NCBI GenBank assembly: GCA_031459875.1 | Contig: JAVKHQ010000001.1 | Coordinates: 160,001-224,000, forward strand | Direction of reading: 5' to 3' | DNA length: 64,000 nt | Source: Candidatus Fervidifonticultor sextus | GTDB lineage: Bacteria; Sysuimicrobiota; Sysuimicrobiia; Sysuimicrobiales; Humicultoraceae | In this document: positions 1-9,572 of the stretch, piece by piece | Position numbering within the stretch: the stretch's first letter is position 1 | Layout of the letters: every line of letters starts with the position of its first letter | Notes under the pieces: model-generated | Seen by the model: the letters and a program-made list of their open reading frames with translations, nothing else | Told to the model about the DNA's origin: nothing | Databases searched by the model: none | Translations under genes and position numbers: made by a program

Positions 1-500
1 AACAGTCTGCCGGGCAGCGTGTCGTAGACCGGCACCGCCAGGACCAGGATCCCGCCGGGCGCCAGCAGGCCGCGCAGGGCCGCCAGCGCGGCGTCAAGAT
101 CCGGGATGTGCTCTAAGACATCGAACCCGGTCACCACGTCGTAGGTCCGGCCGGGCCGGAAGGTCTGGATGGCCTGGTGGTGCAGCGGCACGTCCGGCAG
201 GCGCTGGCGCGCCAGGCGGAGCGCGTAGGCCGAGATGTCCAGCCCCTCACAGGCGTAGTACCGTCGCGCCTCCTCCAGGAAGCGGCCGAAGGCGCACCCC
301 ACGTCCAGCAGCGAGCCGCAGGGGCGGGCGCGGCGGATCTCGCGGAGGTAGGCGGCGATCTTGCGCGGTGGATTGTAGAACTCGTAGCGGCCCTGGTAGT
401 TGGAGACCTTCGTGAAGTAGGCCTCGTCGAAGGTCGTCTCGTCGAAGGCCGGCCCGCTTGCGGCCCCCTGGGCTACGAGGTCACAGACTCCCGTCTCCAT
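1..500 (-). CDS. class I SAM-dependent methyltransferase (3' end runs off the window)
   Basis: Translated by hand from ATG at 500: METGVCD...LLDVGCAFGRFL (SAM-binding motif I)...FDVLEHIPDL...LLAPGGILVL. Absent from the ORF track because it is truncated. Confidence 0.85.
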   Translation of the reverse strand, partial: METGVCDLVAQGAASGPAFDETTFDEAYFTKVSNYQGRYEFYNPPRKIAAYLREIRRARPCGSLLDVGCAFGRFLEEARRYYACEGLDISAYALRLARQRLPDVPLHHQAIQTFRPGRTYDVVTGFDVLEHIPDLDAALAALRGLLAPGGILVLAVPVYDTLPGRL

Positions 501-538
501 CGCCACGCTCCGCAGTCGCACCCCGTCCTTGAGATTAT

Positions 539-564
539 GTACCCCGGCGGATCCAGCGGTAGAC
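539..564 (-). promoter_or_regulatory. putative SigB/SigF-type promoter GTCTAC-N14-GGGTAC
   Basis: Matches the bipartite motif that recurs across this locus; lies about 40 nt upstream of the methyltransferase ATG. Confidence 0.55.
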
Positions 565-595
565 TGGCGGCGCGCAGGGGTAGACCGGCGGCGGT

Positions 596-1747
596 TCACC
601 ATCCCAGTTCGCGCACCCAGTAGGTCCCCAACGCATTCATGGCGATGCCGGCCGCCAGCAGGGCCAGGTCCACGGTCCGCGGAGCCGGGCCCAGGGCAGA
701 TGCCAGCATGACCAGCAGGAAAGCCCACCAGTCCAGACTGTAGCGGTACCCGAACTGCACCCACCCCACCGAGAAGTAGGGGAGCATCGGGATTGCCAGG
801 CTGGCGACCAGCACCGCCCAGGGCCACCAGGCCCGCCGATCCCCCTGGGGGAAGAGCAGCCGCACGATCACAGGGCTGGTGAAGACAAGGGACATTCCCC
901 ACGGCGACGGCCTGAGGAACGGCGGGCGGTCGACAAGTTCGGGCGCCCGGAAGAGCATCGCGTACAGGTGCTCGGGCACAAACCGCAGATGGAAGAAGCC
1001 CCAGCGCGCCGCGGCCTCGGCGTTGGGGGCCCCCATGGACAGCAGCGGGTAGCCGGACTGGAGGGGGTCGCCGAACCGCAGGTAATTGTAGGTCAGGTAG
1101 ACGAGGACCCCAACGCCGTTGGCGGCCAGGAACGTCAGGACCGGGCGGGCCCGCCGGTGGCGCCGCCAGACGACGAGGGCCAGCACAGGGACGGCGGGCA
1201 GCATTGACAGGCGGGTGAGCCAGGCTGCGGTGACCAGCGCGCCGAGGGCCAGCGGGCGGGCCCCTCCGGCCAGTTCCCAGACCAGCAGCGCGGTGGCGAG
1301 GACCACGACCTCCTGGGCGAAGAACCACGTGGTGCCGATGGCGGCGGCGGGCCACAGGACGCTCCCAAAGGCCAGTGCCGCCCCGGCAAACCAGCGCACC
1401 GGGGAGCCGAAGCCCAGGCGGCGCAGGCCGGCGACGAAGATTGCAACCGCCGCCGCCGACAGGATCTGCCCCACGCGGCCCTGGTCGGTCCGCTCGCCGT
1501 GCACGGCCACCACGGGCAGTAGGATGACGGCCGGCACCGGCGGAAACGGGGCGTAGACGCGGTCGCCGATGCGGATGACATCGTGGTAGTAGGCCGGCAG
1601 GTTCCGGAGGTCGGTGCGGCCCTCGAGGAACGCCTGGGCCATGTACACGAAGTGGCGGTAGGCCATATTCGTGCGGGGCGTCACCGCGAGGTAGACGGCC
1701 AGGACCACGACGAAGACGACCAGCGGCTCGCCGAGCCGGCGTCTCAT
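596..1747 (-). CDS. GT-C-like polytopic membrane glycosyltransferase (paralog of 2579-3763)
   Basis: Multi-TM protein from ATG 1747; motifs AQAFLEGRxDL, YAPFPP, NYLRFGDP, GWVQFGYRY. Confidence 0.7.
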   Translation of the reverse strand: MRRRLGEPLVVFVVVLAVYLAVTPRTNMAYRHFVYMAQAFLEGRTDLRNLPAYYHDVIRIGDRVYAPFPPVPAVILLPVVAVHGERTDQGRVGQILSAAAVAIFVAGLRRLGFGSPVRWFAGAALAFGSVLWPAAAIGTTWFFAQEVVVLATALLVWELAGGARPLALGALVTAAWLTRLSMLPAVPVLALVVWRRHRRARPVLTFLAANGVGVLVYLTYNYLRFGDPLQSGYPLLSMGAPNAEAAARWGFFHLRFVPEHLYAMLFRAPELVDRPPFLRPSPWGMSLVFTSPVIVRLLFPQGDRRAWWPWAVLVASLAIPMLPYFSVGWVQFGYRYSLDWWAFLLVMLASALGPAPRTVDLALLAAGIAMNALGTYWVRELGW

Positions 1748-1769
1748 CCCGCCCGCCCCGGGGGGCGTG

Positions 1770-1795
1770 GTCTGGCCGCCCGTCCAGTTGGGTAC
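1770..1795 (+). promoter_or_regulatory. putative SigB/SigF-type promoter GTCTGG-N14-GGGTAC
   Basis: Motif match 12 nt upstream of the GT2 ATG at 1808. Confidence 0.55.
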
Positions 1796-1807
1796 CAGGT
1801 CACCAGG

Positions 1808-2566
1808 ATGCACCCTGACCTCTCCGTGGTCATCCCCACGTTCAACGAAGCCGACCGCATCGGGGCCTCCGTGCAGGCGGTGGTGACGCACCTGGATCGG
1901 CGCGGCCTCTCGCACGAGGTCATCGTCTCCGACGACGGGAGCACCGACCCGACGCGGGAGGTCGTCGCCCGCCTGGTGCGCGAGGGGCTGCCGGTGGTGC
2001 TGGTCGAGGCCTCGGTGAACCGGGGCAAGGGCCGGGCGGTCCGGCGGGGTGTGCTGGCCTCCGCCGGCGCGGGCGTGCTGGTGGCCGACGCCGACCTCGC
2101 CATTCCCATCACCCAACTCGACGTGCTCATGGCCGCGCTGGACGCCGGCGCCGACATCGCACTGGGCTCGCGTCGCCTGAACCCGCAGGGCGCGTCGGTC
2201 CGCCCGCCGCGGTCCCGCGAGATCCTGGGATGGACATTCAACCTCCTGGTGCAGGCGACCCTCCTGCGGGGCATCTGGGACACCCAGTGCGGGTTCAAGC
2301 TCTTCCGCGGCGAGGTGGCCCGCCGGCTCTTTCCCCACTGCGTGATCGACGGGTTCGCCTACGATGTGGAAGTGCTGGCGCTGGCCCGCCGCACCGGCTG
2401 CGCCATCGTGGAGGTCCCGGTGGCGTGGTCGCACGCCGGCGGCAGCAGCGTGCGCATCCTGCGGGACGGCGCCGCGATGCTGCGAGACATGGCGCGCATC
2501 GCGCGGCGCCTCTCCCGCTTCGACGCGGCGGCCGCGGCCAGCGCGCAGGCGGACGACCCGGCCTAG
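1808..2566 (+). CDS. GT2 polyprenol/dolichyl-phosphate beta-glucosyltransferase-like (ALG5/DPG synthase type)
   Basis: SVVIPTFNE, SDDGSTD, DADL (DxD), DTQCGFKLFR, GFAYDVEVL. Confidence 0.9.
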   Translation: MHPDLSVVIPTFNEADRIGASVQAVVTHLDRRGLSHEVIVSDDGSTDPTREVVARLVREGLPVVLVEASVNRGKGRAVRRGVLASAGAGVLVADADLAIPITQLDVLMAALDAGADIALGSRRLNPQGASVRPPRSREILGWTFNLLVQATLLRGIWDTQCGFKLFRGEVARRLFPHCVIDGFAYDVEVLALARRTGCAIVEVPVAWSHAGGSSVRILRDGAAMLRDMARIARRLSRFDAAAAASAQADDPA

Positions 2567-2578
2567 GACTCCGGGCGT

Positions 2579-3763
2579 TCACCGCGCCCAGTACCCCAGG
2601 CGGATGAAGACCACCCCCCAGAGGTTTGCCAGGACGCTGGCGCCGATGAGCACCCGCGCCGGCCAGCCGACGCGGCCACGCAGGCCGCGGATGGTCAGCA
2701 GCACCAACAGTGGATAGATGTCGGCGATGAACCGGTAGCCGAACTGGCTCCACCCGGTGCCTCCCCACAGGAAGTTCAGCAGAGCCACAATCGCCACGGT
2801 CAACCAGGCCGAGAGGGTCTGAAGGTCTGCGGGCGCGCGCAGCGCGTAGACGAAGGCCGGGGTGGTGACCCAGATGGCCAGGCCCCACCAGGGGACCAGC
2901 AGGTAGGGCGGGTGCGGCACGAAGACCGGCAGCGCCCGGAAGAGCAGGTCGAGGTGGCGCGGGATGTACGACGGATGGAGGAGTCCCCTGGCGAACCACG
3001 GCTCGTCCCAGATGCCGGGCCGCAGGCTCTCCCCGATGTCGGCGATGGTCCCGAAGCGGGCCCAGTTGTAGGCCATGCCGACCACCAGCCCGGCCGCGAC
3101 CGGGGCGGTCAGCCGGATGAGGTAGCCCGGGTCGAGCCGGCGCCAGATCCGGAGGCCTGCGGGTGCCCAGACGGGCAGCGTCGCCAGCAGGAAGAACACG
3201 AAGGTCATGATGTTGGGCGCCCGGCTCAGGTAGGCGACGGCGACCACCGTGCCGAGGACGACCGGCCGGCGCCGGCCGAGCGTCTCCAGAATCCCCACGG
3301 TGAGGGCGGCGGCCACCACGACGTGGGCGTAGTACCAGGTGCTGCCCACGGCCGCCAGGTACCAGAGGATGGTCCCAAACGCCCCCAGCGCCCCGATCCA
3401 GAGGTAGTCGCGCCGGTCCGGCAGCAGGCGCGAGGCGACCAGAACCGTGAGCGCCGCATACAGCGCCCCCACCAGGTGGCTGGCGACCCACTGGGTCGTC
3501 TCGGACGGCCAGAACAGCGCCGCCGGTAGCAGCAGCACCGCCGGGAACGGCGGGTTCAGCACGTAGGAGCGCCCGCCGAACCGGGCGACCTCCAGGTAGG
3601 CGGGCGGATCTTCGAGGTCTACGCGCCCCTGGAGGAAGGCGCGGGCCAGGCGGACGTAGTGGTCGTAGGGCGACGGCCCGGCGGTCGAGAGGTTGTAGAC
3701 GGCGAACGCCAGCAGCCCGCAGATCGCGGCCCAGAAGATGGCGCGGTCCCCAGGGGATCTCAC
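2579..3763 (-). CDS. GT-C-like polytopic membrane glycosyltransferase
   Basis: GTG 3763 overlaps the upstream stop (GTGA); ARAFLQGRVDL, NPPFPA, NWARFG, GWSQFGYRF; clear paralog of 596-1747. Confidence 0.7.
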   Translation of the reverse strand: MRSPGDRAIFWAAICGLLAFAVYNLSTAGPSPYDHYVRLARAFLQGRVDLEDPPAYLEVARFGGRSYVLNPPFPAVLLLPAALFWPSETTQWVASHLVGALYAALTVLVASRLLPDRRDYLWIGALGAFGTILWYLAAVGSTWYYAHVVVAAALTVGILETLGRRRPVVLGTVVAVAYLSRAPNIMTFVFFLLATLPVWAPAGLRIWRRLDPGYLIRLTAPVAAGLVVGMAYNWARFGTIADIGESLRPGIWDEPWFARGLLHPSYIPRHLDLLFRALPVFVPHPPYLLVPWWGLAIWVTTPAFVYALRAPADLQTLSAWLTVAIVALLNFLWGGTGWSQFGYRFIADIYPLLVLLTIRGLRGRVGWPARVLIGASVLANLWGVVFIRLGYWAR

Positions 3764-5277
3764 CGCGGGAACCCGTAGACCAAAAAGAGCGGACTCCCGT
3801 TGGGAGCGCGGACCGTGTGCTCCAGCACGGCGCCCGGCGGCAGCGCCTGCGCAGCCACGGCCACCAGCGCGCCAGGCTGCCCGCAGGCCGGCGCAGCCGA
3901 GTCGATGGTCACGGGCAGCGGGAAGTCTTCCAGGTAGAACGCCCGGAAGGTCGGCTCGTGGAACCAGTCCACCATCCACAGGCACACCCGGTCGTACCGG
4001 TCGCGCGCGGCCCAGATAGTCTGGAAGACCTCCGGGAAGCCGTAGTCGAACCACCAGCCGGCGACCTGCGGGTAGTCGAGGTACTCGGCCCGTGCGAACC
4101 GCACGCCCTCGGCGGCAGCCGCCACCGCCAGGGCAGCAGCGGCCAGCGCGCCCCCGGCGACCTGCCAGCGCAAGGTGCGGATGAAGGAGATCATCCGCAG
4201 GATCCCCAGGCCGATCACCAGGCACAGCGCCGGCAACCCCAGCAGCGTGCGGGTAGCGTGCGGGACGCCGTCGTTGGTCAGTGCGCCGCCCAGCGGGAAG
4301 AGGAACAGCCAGGCCGCCAGCAACCCGCGGTGCGGCAGGTCGGCCCGCCGGCCGAGTTCGACGAGCCCGAGGACCAGAAACGGCAGCGTCCACCAGAAGA
4401 GCTGCCCGGTTCCTGGCGCGTGGTGGCGGGGGTTCGGATCGCCGGAGACGAACAGGAATCCCGGAGCGAGGTGGGCCAGGTAGTTCCGTCCGAAGGTCGC
4501 CAGGGTCTGCGCGGTGACGCCGTCTCTGAACGTGAAGATCTGCGCCGGCCACTGGAGCATCCGCGGGTCGGCGGCCACCGTGCCGGCATAGGGCAGCATG
4601 ATGAGAGCGAAGGCCGCCCCTCCGGCGGCCGCGGCGCGCGGGGTGAGGCGCCGGCGGTATTGGGCGAGCAGCACGGCGAGCCAGAGCGGAGCGAGAATCT
4701 CGAAGGCCTTGTAGCCGTAGACGGTGAGCCCCAGTGCGCCGGCGGCCAGCCCCACCGCGAGAGGACGGCCGCCCTCGACCGCCCTGACCCAGAGCAGCAG
4801 CGCCAGCGAAAGCAGCGGGATGATGGTCGCGGGCTCCCATCCCATCCGGCTATAGTGAATGTGCCACGGGGTAACTGCCATGACGAAGGCGGCGGTGGCC
4901 CCGGCCCATCGCTGCCCGAGCAGCCGGTCGCCCAGCGGCCACAGGAGGAGCAGGCCGGCCACCCCCAGGGCGACAGATGGGAGTCGCACGGAGAGGGCAT
5001 CGCGGCCGCGGACCAGCACGACCGGGGACGCCAGCAGGCCGTAGATGGGCGGCCGACGGGTGATCCGGTGGAAGGTCATCGGGAGGAGCCGGCCGTCCAG
5101 ATCCCGGCCGGTGCGCACGATGCTCAAAAACGGGACGATGTTGCCGAGTTCGTCCCCGCCCAGCCCCGGCGGGTTGCTGCCCAGGCGCCACAGGCGCGGC
5201 GGCAGCGCGATGCCGAGCAGCAACAGCGCCAATGCCACCACGGCCGCCCGGGGTGGTCGGACGGGCGGCCGGGTCAC
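3760..5277 (-). CDS. ArnT/GT39-family (PMT_2) membrane glycosyltransferase
   Basis: GTG 5277 coupled to the upstream stop; RLWRLGSNPPGLGGDE (acidic DE loop after TM1), VRLPS, PWHIHYSR; many TM segments. Confidence 0.8.
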   Translation of the reverse strand: MTRPPVRPPRAAVVALALLLLGIALPPRLWRLGSNPPGLGGDELGNIVPFLSIVRTGRDLDGRLLPMTFHRITRRPPIYGLLASPVVLVRGRDALSVRLPSVALGVAGLLLLWPLGDRLLGQRWAGATAAFVMAVTPWHIHYSRMGWEPATIIPLLSLALLLWVRAVEGGRPLAVGLAAGALGLTVYGYKAFEILAPLWLAVLLAQYRRRLTPRAAAAGGAAFALIMLPYAGTVAADPRMLQWPAQIFTFRDGVTAQTLATFGRNYLAHLAPGFLFVSGDPNPRHHAPGTGQLFWWTLPFLVLGLVELGRRADLPHRGLLAAWLFLFPLGGALTNDGVPHATRTLLGLPALCLVIGLGILRMISFIRTLRWQVAGGALAAAALAVAAAAEGVRFARAEYLDYPQVAGWWFDYGFPEVFQTIWAARDRYDRVCLWMVDWFHEPTFRAFYLEDFPLPVTIDSAAPACGQPGALVAVAAQALPPGAVLEHTVRAPNGSPLFLVYGFPR

Positions 5278-6218
5278 GGGTGCGCCCCCGCGGGGTCCTT
5301 TCTGGCCAGCACGACCATGTTGTCGGGGATCGGGACCGGGATCGCGGGGTTGAACCGCACCTGCATCAGCCGACGCAGCACGCCGCACAGCGGGCTGCGC
5401 GGGTAGAGGCTGGCGTGGAGGTGCAGGATGTAGCGCAGCGAGACCACCTTGTGGTCCCGGAGCAGGGCGCAGACGCGGAAGCCCGCCGCGGCCAGGCATG
5501 CCTCCAGCGTGGTCCGCCCGAAGAAGAACAGGTGCTGCGGCGGGTTGAAGATGCGGGACCGGCGGCCCTGGATCCGGGCAAGCGCGCTGTCGATGCGACC
5601 GGTGGACAGCCCGAGCACCCCTCCGGGCGTCAGCACGCGCCAGACGTGCCGCAACGCCTCCAGCGGATCCGGCAGGTGCTCGAGCACATCCCACATGGTG
5701 ACGGCGTCGAAGGAGCCGGCCCGGAAGCCCGCCAGCGAAGTGCCGTGGATCACGTCGAGGCCGCGCCGCCGCGCCGCCGAGACCGCGCAGGCGGAGGCGT
5801 CGATCCCGTAGGCGCGCCAGCCGCGTGCCCGGGCCAGTTCCATGAAGTAGCCCCAGGCGCATCCGACGTCGAGCAGAACCCCGCGCCGGGGCGCGCAGCG
5901 CTCGACGGCCTCCAGTTTCGGGTCAAACCCCGCCTTGATCAGGCGTTCATCGGCCTCATAGTCGTGGTAGCCGCGCCGGTCGGGTTCGCCCTTGAAGTAG
6001 CCTTCGGAGTAGAACGCGACGAGCTCCGGCTCTGTGGGCGTGTGCGCGCAGTACGTCAGGCCGCAGCGCGGGCAGGCGACGATCGGGTAGCCGTATCTTT
6101 GGAACTGCAGCCGGGGAGCTTCGCCGCACAGCAGGCAGGGCCGGACGGCGACCCCGGAGGCCGCGGCGGCGTCGGCTGCAGCGCCCCCGGCCGGCACCTC
6201 AAGCGCCGTGGTCCTCAC
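5274..6218 (-). CDS. class I SAM-dependent methyltransferase with N-terminal Zn ribbon
   Basis: CLLC...CPRC; LLDVGCAWGYF; WDVLEHLPDP; PPQHLFFF. Start approximate. Confidence 0.85.
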   Translation of the reverse strand: MRTTALEVPAGGAAADAAAASGVAVRPCLLCGEAPRLQFQRYGYPIVACPRCGLTYCAHTPTEPELVAFYSEGYFKGEPDRRGYHDYEADERLIKAGFDPKLEAVERCAPRRGVLLDVGCAWGYFMELARARGWRAYGIDASACAVSAARRRGLDVIHGTSLAGFRAGSFDAVTMWDVLEHLPDPLEALRHVWRVLTPGGVLGLSTGRIDSALARIQGRRSRIFNPPQHLFFFGRTTLEACLAAAGFRVCALLRDHKVVSLRYILHLHASLYPRSPLCGVLRRLMQVRFNPAIPVPIPDNMVVLARKDPAGAHP

Positions 6219-6305
6219 GCCCGCTGCCCTTCGACGCGGCACTGCCGCGTTCCCGCAGCCGGCCCCTGCCCAGGAGGCGCGGTCTGTGCGTGGAATCTCC
6301 CTGAC

Positions 6306-7583
6306 GTGTCGGCAGGCACGGCCCCTCCCTCGCTGCTGGACGTCACCCCGGCTCCCCCGGAGGTCCGCCGGTGGTGGACGCTCGCCGCCTACGCGGCCTT
6401 GGTCCGTTTTCTCATCATGCCCTACGGAGGTTTCCCGGTAGACATCGGGACGTTCAAGGCGTGGGCGGCCGCCCTCGCGGAGGGGGGGCCCGCCGCGTTC
6501 TACGGGGCGGGATTTGCCGACTACCTCCCGGGCTACCTGTACGTACTCTGGGTGATCGGCGAGATCCACCAGGTCGTCCGCTTCAACGACCAGGCGTTCC
6601 TCTTCGTGCTGAAACTCCCGGCGGCGCTGGCCGACCTGGCTGCAGCGTGGGTCATCTTCAGGCTGGCGGCGCGCTTCGGCTCGCCACATGCTCTGCCCCT
6701 GGCCGCGTCCTACCTGTTCAATCCCGGCGTGGTCTTCAACAGCGCCTACTGGGGACAGGCCGACGCCGTGGGCGCGCTGCTGGCGATCGCGGGGATTGCC
6801 GCCCTCGAGGCGGCCTCGCCGGTGCTGGTCGGCACCCTGCTGGTGGCGGCGGCGCTCACCAAGCCCCAGACCGCGCCGGCGGTGATCCCGGTCGGCCTCT
6901 ACCTCCTCCGCACGCTGAGCCGGCCCCGGGAGGGGCCGCCGCGGTGGGACCTGCTGCTGGGCACCGCGGCCGCTGCCGGGGCCGCGCTGGTCCTGATCAT
7001 CCTGCCGTTTGGCCTCAGCCCCCTGGGGCTGCTGCGCGTCCTGCGGGTCTCGCTGGGGGTCTATCCGTACAGCAGCGTGGTGGCCTTCAACTTCTGGGGT
7101 GCCACCCAGCGGTTCTGGGTCGGCGACGACCTACGCTGGCTGGGCGTCCCCCATGTGGTCTGGGGTGCCGCCGCCACGCTGGCGGCCCTGGCGATCGTGG
7201 CGGTCTGGGCCTGGCATCACCCCTCGGTCCAGGCGACGCTGCTGGCCGCCGCTGCGGCCCTGCTGGTCACCTTCGTGCTGCCGACCCGGATCCACGAGCG
7301 CTACCTGCTGCCCGCGATCCCGCTCTTCGCCGCGGCCGCGGCCCTCGACCGGCGCATGGTGGGGATCTACGCCGCGCTCTCGGTGGTGTTTGCGCTGAAC
7401 CTGCTCTACGCCTACACGCGGCCCTACGCGCAGACGTTCCTGCTGCCGGGCTGGCTGGAGACGACCATCTTCTCGGACGCCGGCACGCGGGTGCTCAGCG
7501 CGGTGGGCACGCTGACCCTGCCCGCGGCGGGGTACATCCTCTTCACCTGGGCGCGCCGGAAGATGGCGGCGCAAAGCGCCTGA
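6306..7583 (+). CDS. GT-C membrane glycosyltransferase (mannosyltransferase-like, PIG-M/Gpi18-related)
   Basis: DIGTFKAW, DYLPGYLY, SAYWGQAD, KPQ, IHERYLLP; multi-TM. Start approximate. Confidence 0.8.
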   Translation: MSAGTAPPSLLDVTPAPPEVRRWWTLAAYAALVRFLIMPYGGFPVDIGTFKAWAAALAEGGPAAFYGAGFADYLPGYLYVLWVIGEIHQVVRFNDQAFLFVLKLPAALADLAAAWVIFRLAARFGSPHALPLAASYLFNPGVVFNSAYWGQADAVGALLAIAGIAALEAASPVLVGTLLVAAALTKPQTAPAVIPVGLYLLRTLSRPREGPPRWDLLLGTAAAAGAALVLIILPFGLSPLGLLRVLRVSLGVYPYSSVVAFNFWGATQRFWVGDDLRWLGVPHVVWGAAATLAALAIVAVWAWHHPSVQATLLAAAAALLVTFVLPTRIHERYLLPAIPLFAAAAALDRRMVGIYAALSVVFALNLLYAYTRPYAQTFLLPGWLETTIFSDAGTRVLSAVGTLTLPAAGYILFTWARRKMAAQSA

Positions 7584-8271
7584 CGCGCAGCCACAGCCGC
7601 CCCAGTTCGAAGAAGGCGCGGACCAGCACGCGCAGGCGCCCGCCGGTGGGGCGGCCCGCGCGGCGCGGCAGGTGACGGACCGGGAGTTCGGTGATCCGCG
7701 CGCCCATCCGCCGCGCCCGGGCCAGCATCTCCGCGCTGAGGAACGCTCCTCCGGCTTCCAGCGGCATCGCCGCCAGATACGAGCGCCGCATCAACTTGAA
7801 CGCGCAGTCCACGTCGCGCACGCCCACCCCCAGCAGGACCGACATGAGGGCGGCCCAGATCCTGGCGTACAGCGTCCGGTGCGCCGCATCCGCGCGCACC
7901 GGCCGGTAGCCGACGACGAAGTCCGCCCGGGCTGCGGCGGCGACGAAGGCCGGCAGGTCGGAGGGGTCGAACTGCCCGTCGGCATCCATCAGGAACACCC
8001 ACGGACAGCGCGCCGCCGCGAACCCCGACCGCAGCGCGGCGCCGTATCCCAGGTTGCGGGCGTGGTGCACGACCCGGACCGCCGGGTCCTCGGAGGCGAG
8101 GCGCTCGGCCAGCGGCCCCGTGCCGTCGGCGCTGCCGTCGTTGACGACCACGATCTCGAACGGCCGCCCCAGCGCTGCCAGCACCCGGCGGAGGTCGGCC
8201 ACCGTGGCGGTCAGATTCGCCTCTTCGTTGTAGGCCGGCAGGACCGCCGAGATGCCCTCGCCTAGATCCAC
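7543..8271 (-). CDS. GT2 polyprenol-phosphate glycosyltransferase (DPM1-like)
   Basis: SAVLPAYNEE, VNDGSAD, NLGYG, MDADGQFDP, DVDCAFKL. Confidence 0.9.
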   Translation of the reverse strand: MDLGEGISAVLPAYNEEANLTATVADLRRVLAALGRPFEIVVVNDGSADGTGPLAERLASEDPAVRVVHHARNLGYGAALRSGFAAARCPWVFLMDADGQFDPSDLPAFVAAAARADFVVGYRPVRADAAHRTLYARIWAALMSVLLGVGVRDVDCAFKLMRRSYLAAMPLEAGGAFLSAEMLARARRMGARITELPVRHLPRRAGRPTGGRLRVLVRAFFELGRLWLRVRRFAPPSSGAPR

Positions 8272-9572
8272 GTCCCGAACCACATGAGGTGCATGATGCG
8301 CTGGGTGGGCACGGTGACGGCGGCGAGCACCGGGTAGAAGGCCACCAGCCACCCCAGGGCCAGGAGCAGATAGAGGAACACCAGTCCGCTGCCCACGCGG
8401 CCGCGCACCCGGGCCAGGGCCACCGCCAGGCTCACGATCAGGAACGGGAGCGCCGGCAGGAAGTGGTAGAGGAAGAGCGCGCGTGTGATGAAGGCGTACT
8501 GGAGGTAGGAGACCGCGAACCCGATCAGCAGGAACGTCTCCGGCACCGCGCGCGTCCGGATCGCGTGGGCGGCCACGAGGCCAAACGCCGGCAGGCTGGC
8601 CCACCAGATAACGGGGTTGCCGATGGCGAGAATCCCCCGGTTCCACTGCGGCGCGGCCTCGTAATACTCGTACCAGATCGGCCGGATCAATAGCGGCCAG
8701 GACCACCACTTCGACTGGTAGGGATGGCCCTCGGTCAGACTGGCGTGGAACTGATACATCGAGGCCTGGTGGAAGATGAAGTCGCGTGCGGAGTGCCCCA
8801 GCATGAAGTAGGGAACGTAAGAGAGCAGGTAGACCGCGATGGGAAGCGCGGTGAACGCGGCGGCCATGTGGCGGAGGTCGCGGCCCGAAAGCACAATCCG
8901 GCCCCAGCCGCGCAGGACCGCCAGCGTCACGGGGATGGTCGCCAACGGCACCACCGTCGTCCACTTGGTGGCCACGGCACAGCCGGCGGCGGCACCGGCC
9001 AGGTACAGCCAGCCCACGCCGCGGCCCGGAGGCCCCTCGGGCCGATCCAGGCGGCCGCGCAGGTACTGCCAGAAGGCCGCATACGCGCCGAACAGGAACA
9101 GGGTCAGGAAGATGTCCGGCTTGGCAATCCGGCTCTCGACCAGGACCAGGCCGTCGGCGGCGACCAGCAGGGCGCTGGCCGCTGCCACGAACCGGTTCTG
9201 GAACAGCGTGGCCGCCAGCGCGTAGATCACCGGGACCAGCAGGGTGCCGGCGGTGGCGCTGGCGATCCGCCAGCCCACCGCGTCGTCTCCCGCCAGGGCG
9301 ATCCCCGCGGCGATGATGAGTTTGGACAGCGGGGGGTGCGTCCGCTCCTCCGTGATCTCCTTGCGCGCCAGGTACTGCTGGGCCGCCTTCGCGTAGTAGA
9401 TCTCGTCGAAGATCATGGAAGCCGGCGTGTGCAGGCGCGGCAGCCGCACCAGTGCCGCAAACAGCGTCAGGCCGACCACGACCAGCACGGCGGCCCGATC
9501 GGCCCGCCGCGCCACCGGCGCCGGGCCCACCTGCGCCGGGCCGGCGGTCGCCAGGTCAACGCCCGCGGTCAT
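8262..9572 (-). CDS. polyprenol-phosphate-mannose--protein O-mannosyltransferase (PMT/GT39)
   Basis: IFDEIYY, HPPLSKL, GWRIAS, KW, HPYQSKWWSWP, GNPVIWW, FLYHFLP are hallmark bacterial PMT motifs. Confidence 0.85.
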   Translation of the reverse strand: MTAGVDLATAGPAQVGPAPVARRADRAAVLVVVGLTLFAALVRLPRLHTPASMIFDEIYYAKAAQQYLARKEITEERTHPPLSKLIIAAGIALAGDDAVGWRIASATAGTLLVPVIYALAATLFQNRFVAAASALLVAADGLVLVESRIAKPDIFLTLFLFGAYAAFWQYLRGRLDRPEGPPGRGVGWLYLAGAAAGCAVATKWTTVVPLATIPVTLAVLRGWGRIVLSGRDLRHMAAAFTALPIAVYLLSYVPYFMLGHSARDFIFHQASMYQFHASLTEGHPYQSKWWSWPLLIRPIWYEYYEAAPQWNRGILAIGNPVIWWASLPAFGLVAAHAIRTRAVPETFLLIGFAVSYLQYAFITRALFLYHFLPALPFLIVSLAVALARVRGRVGSGLVFLYLLLALGWLVAFYPVLAAVTVPTQRIMHLMWFGTWI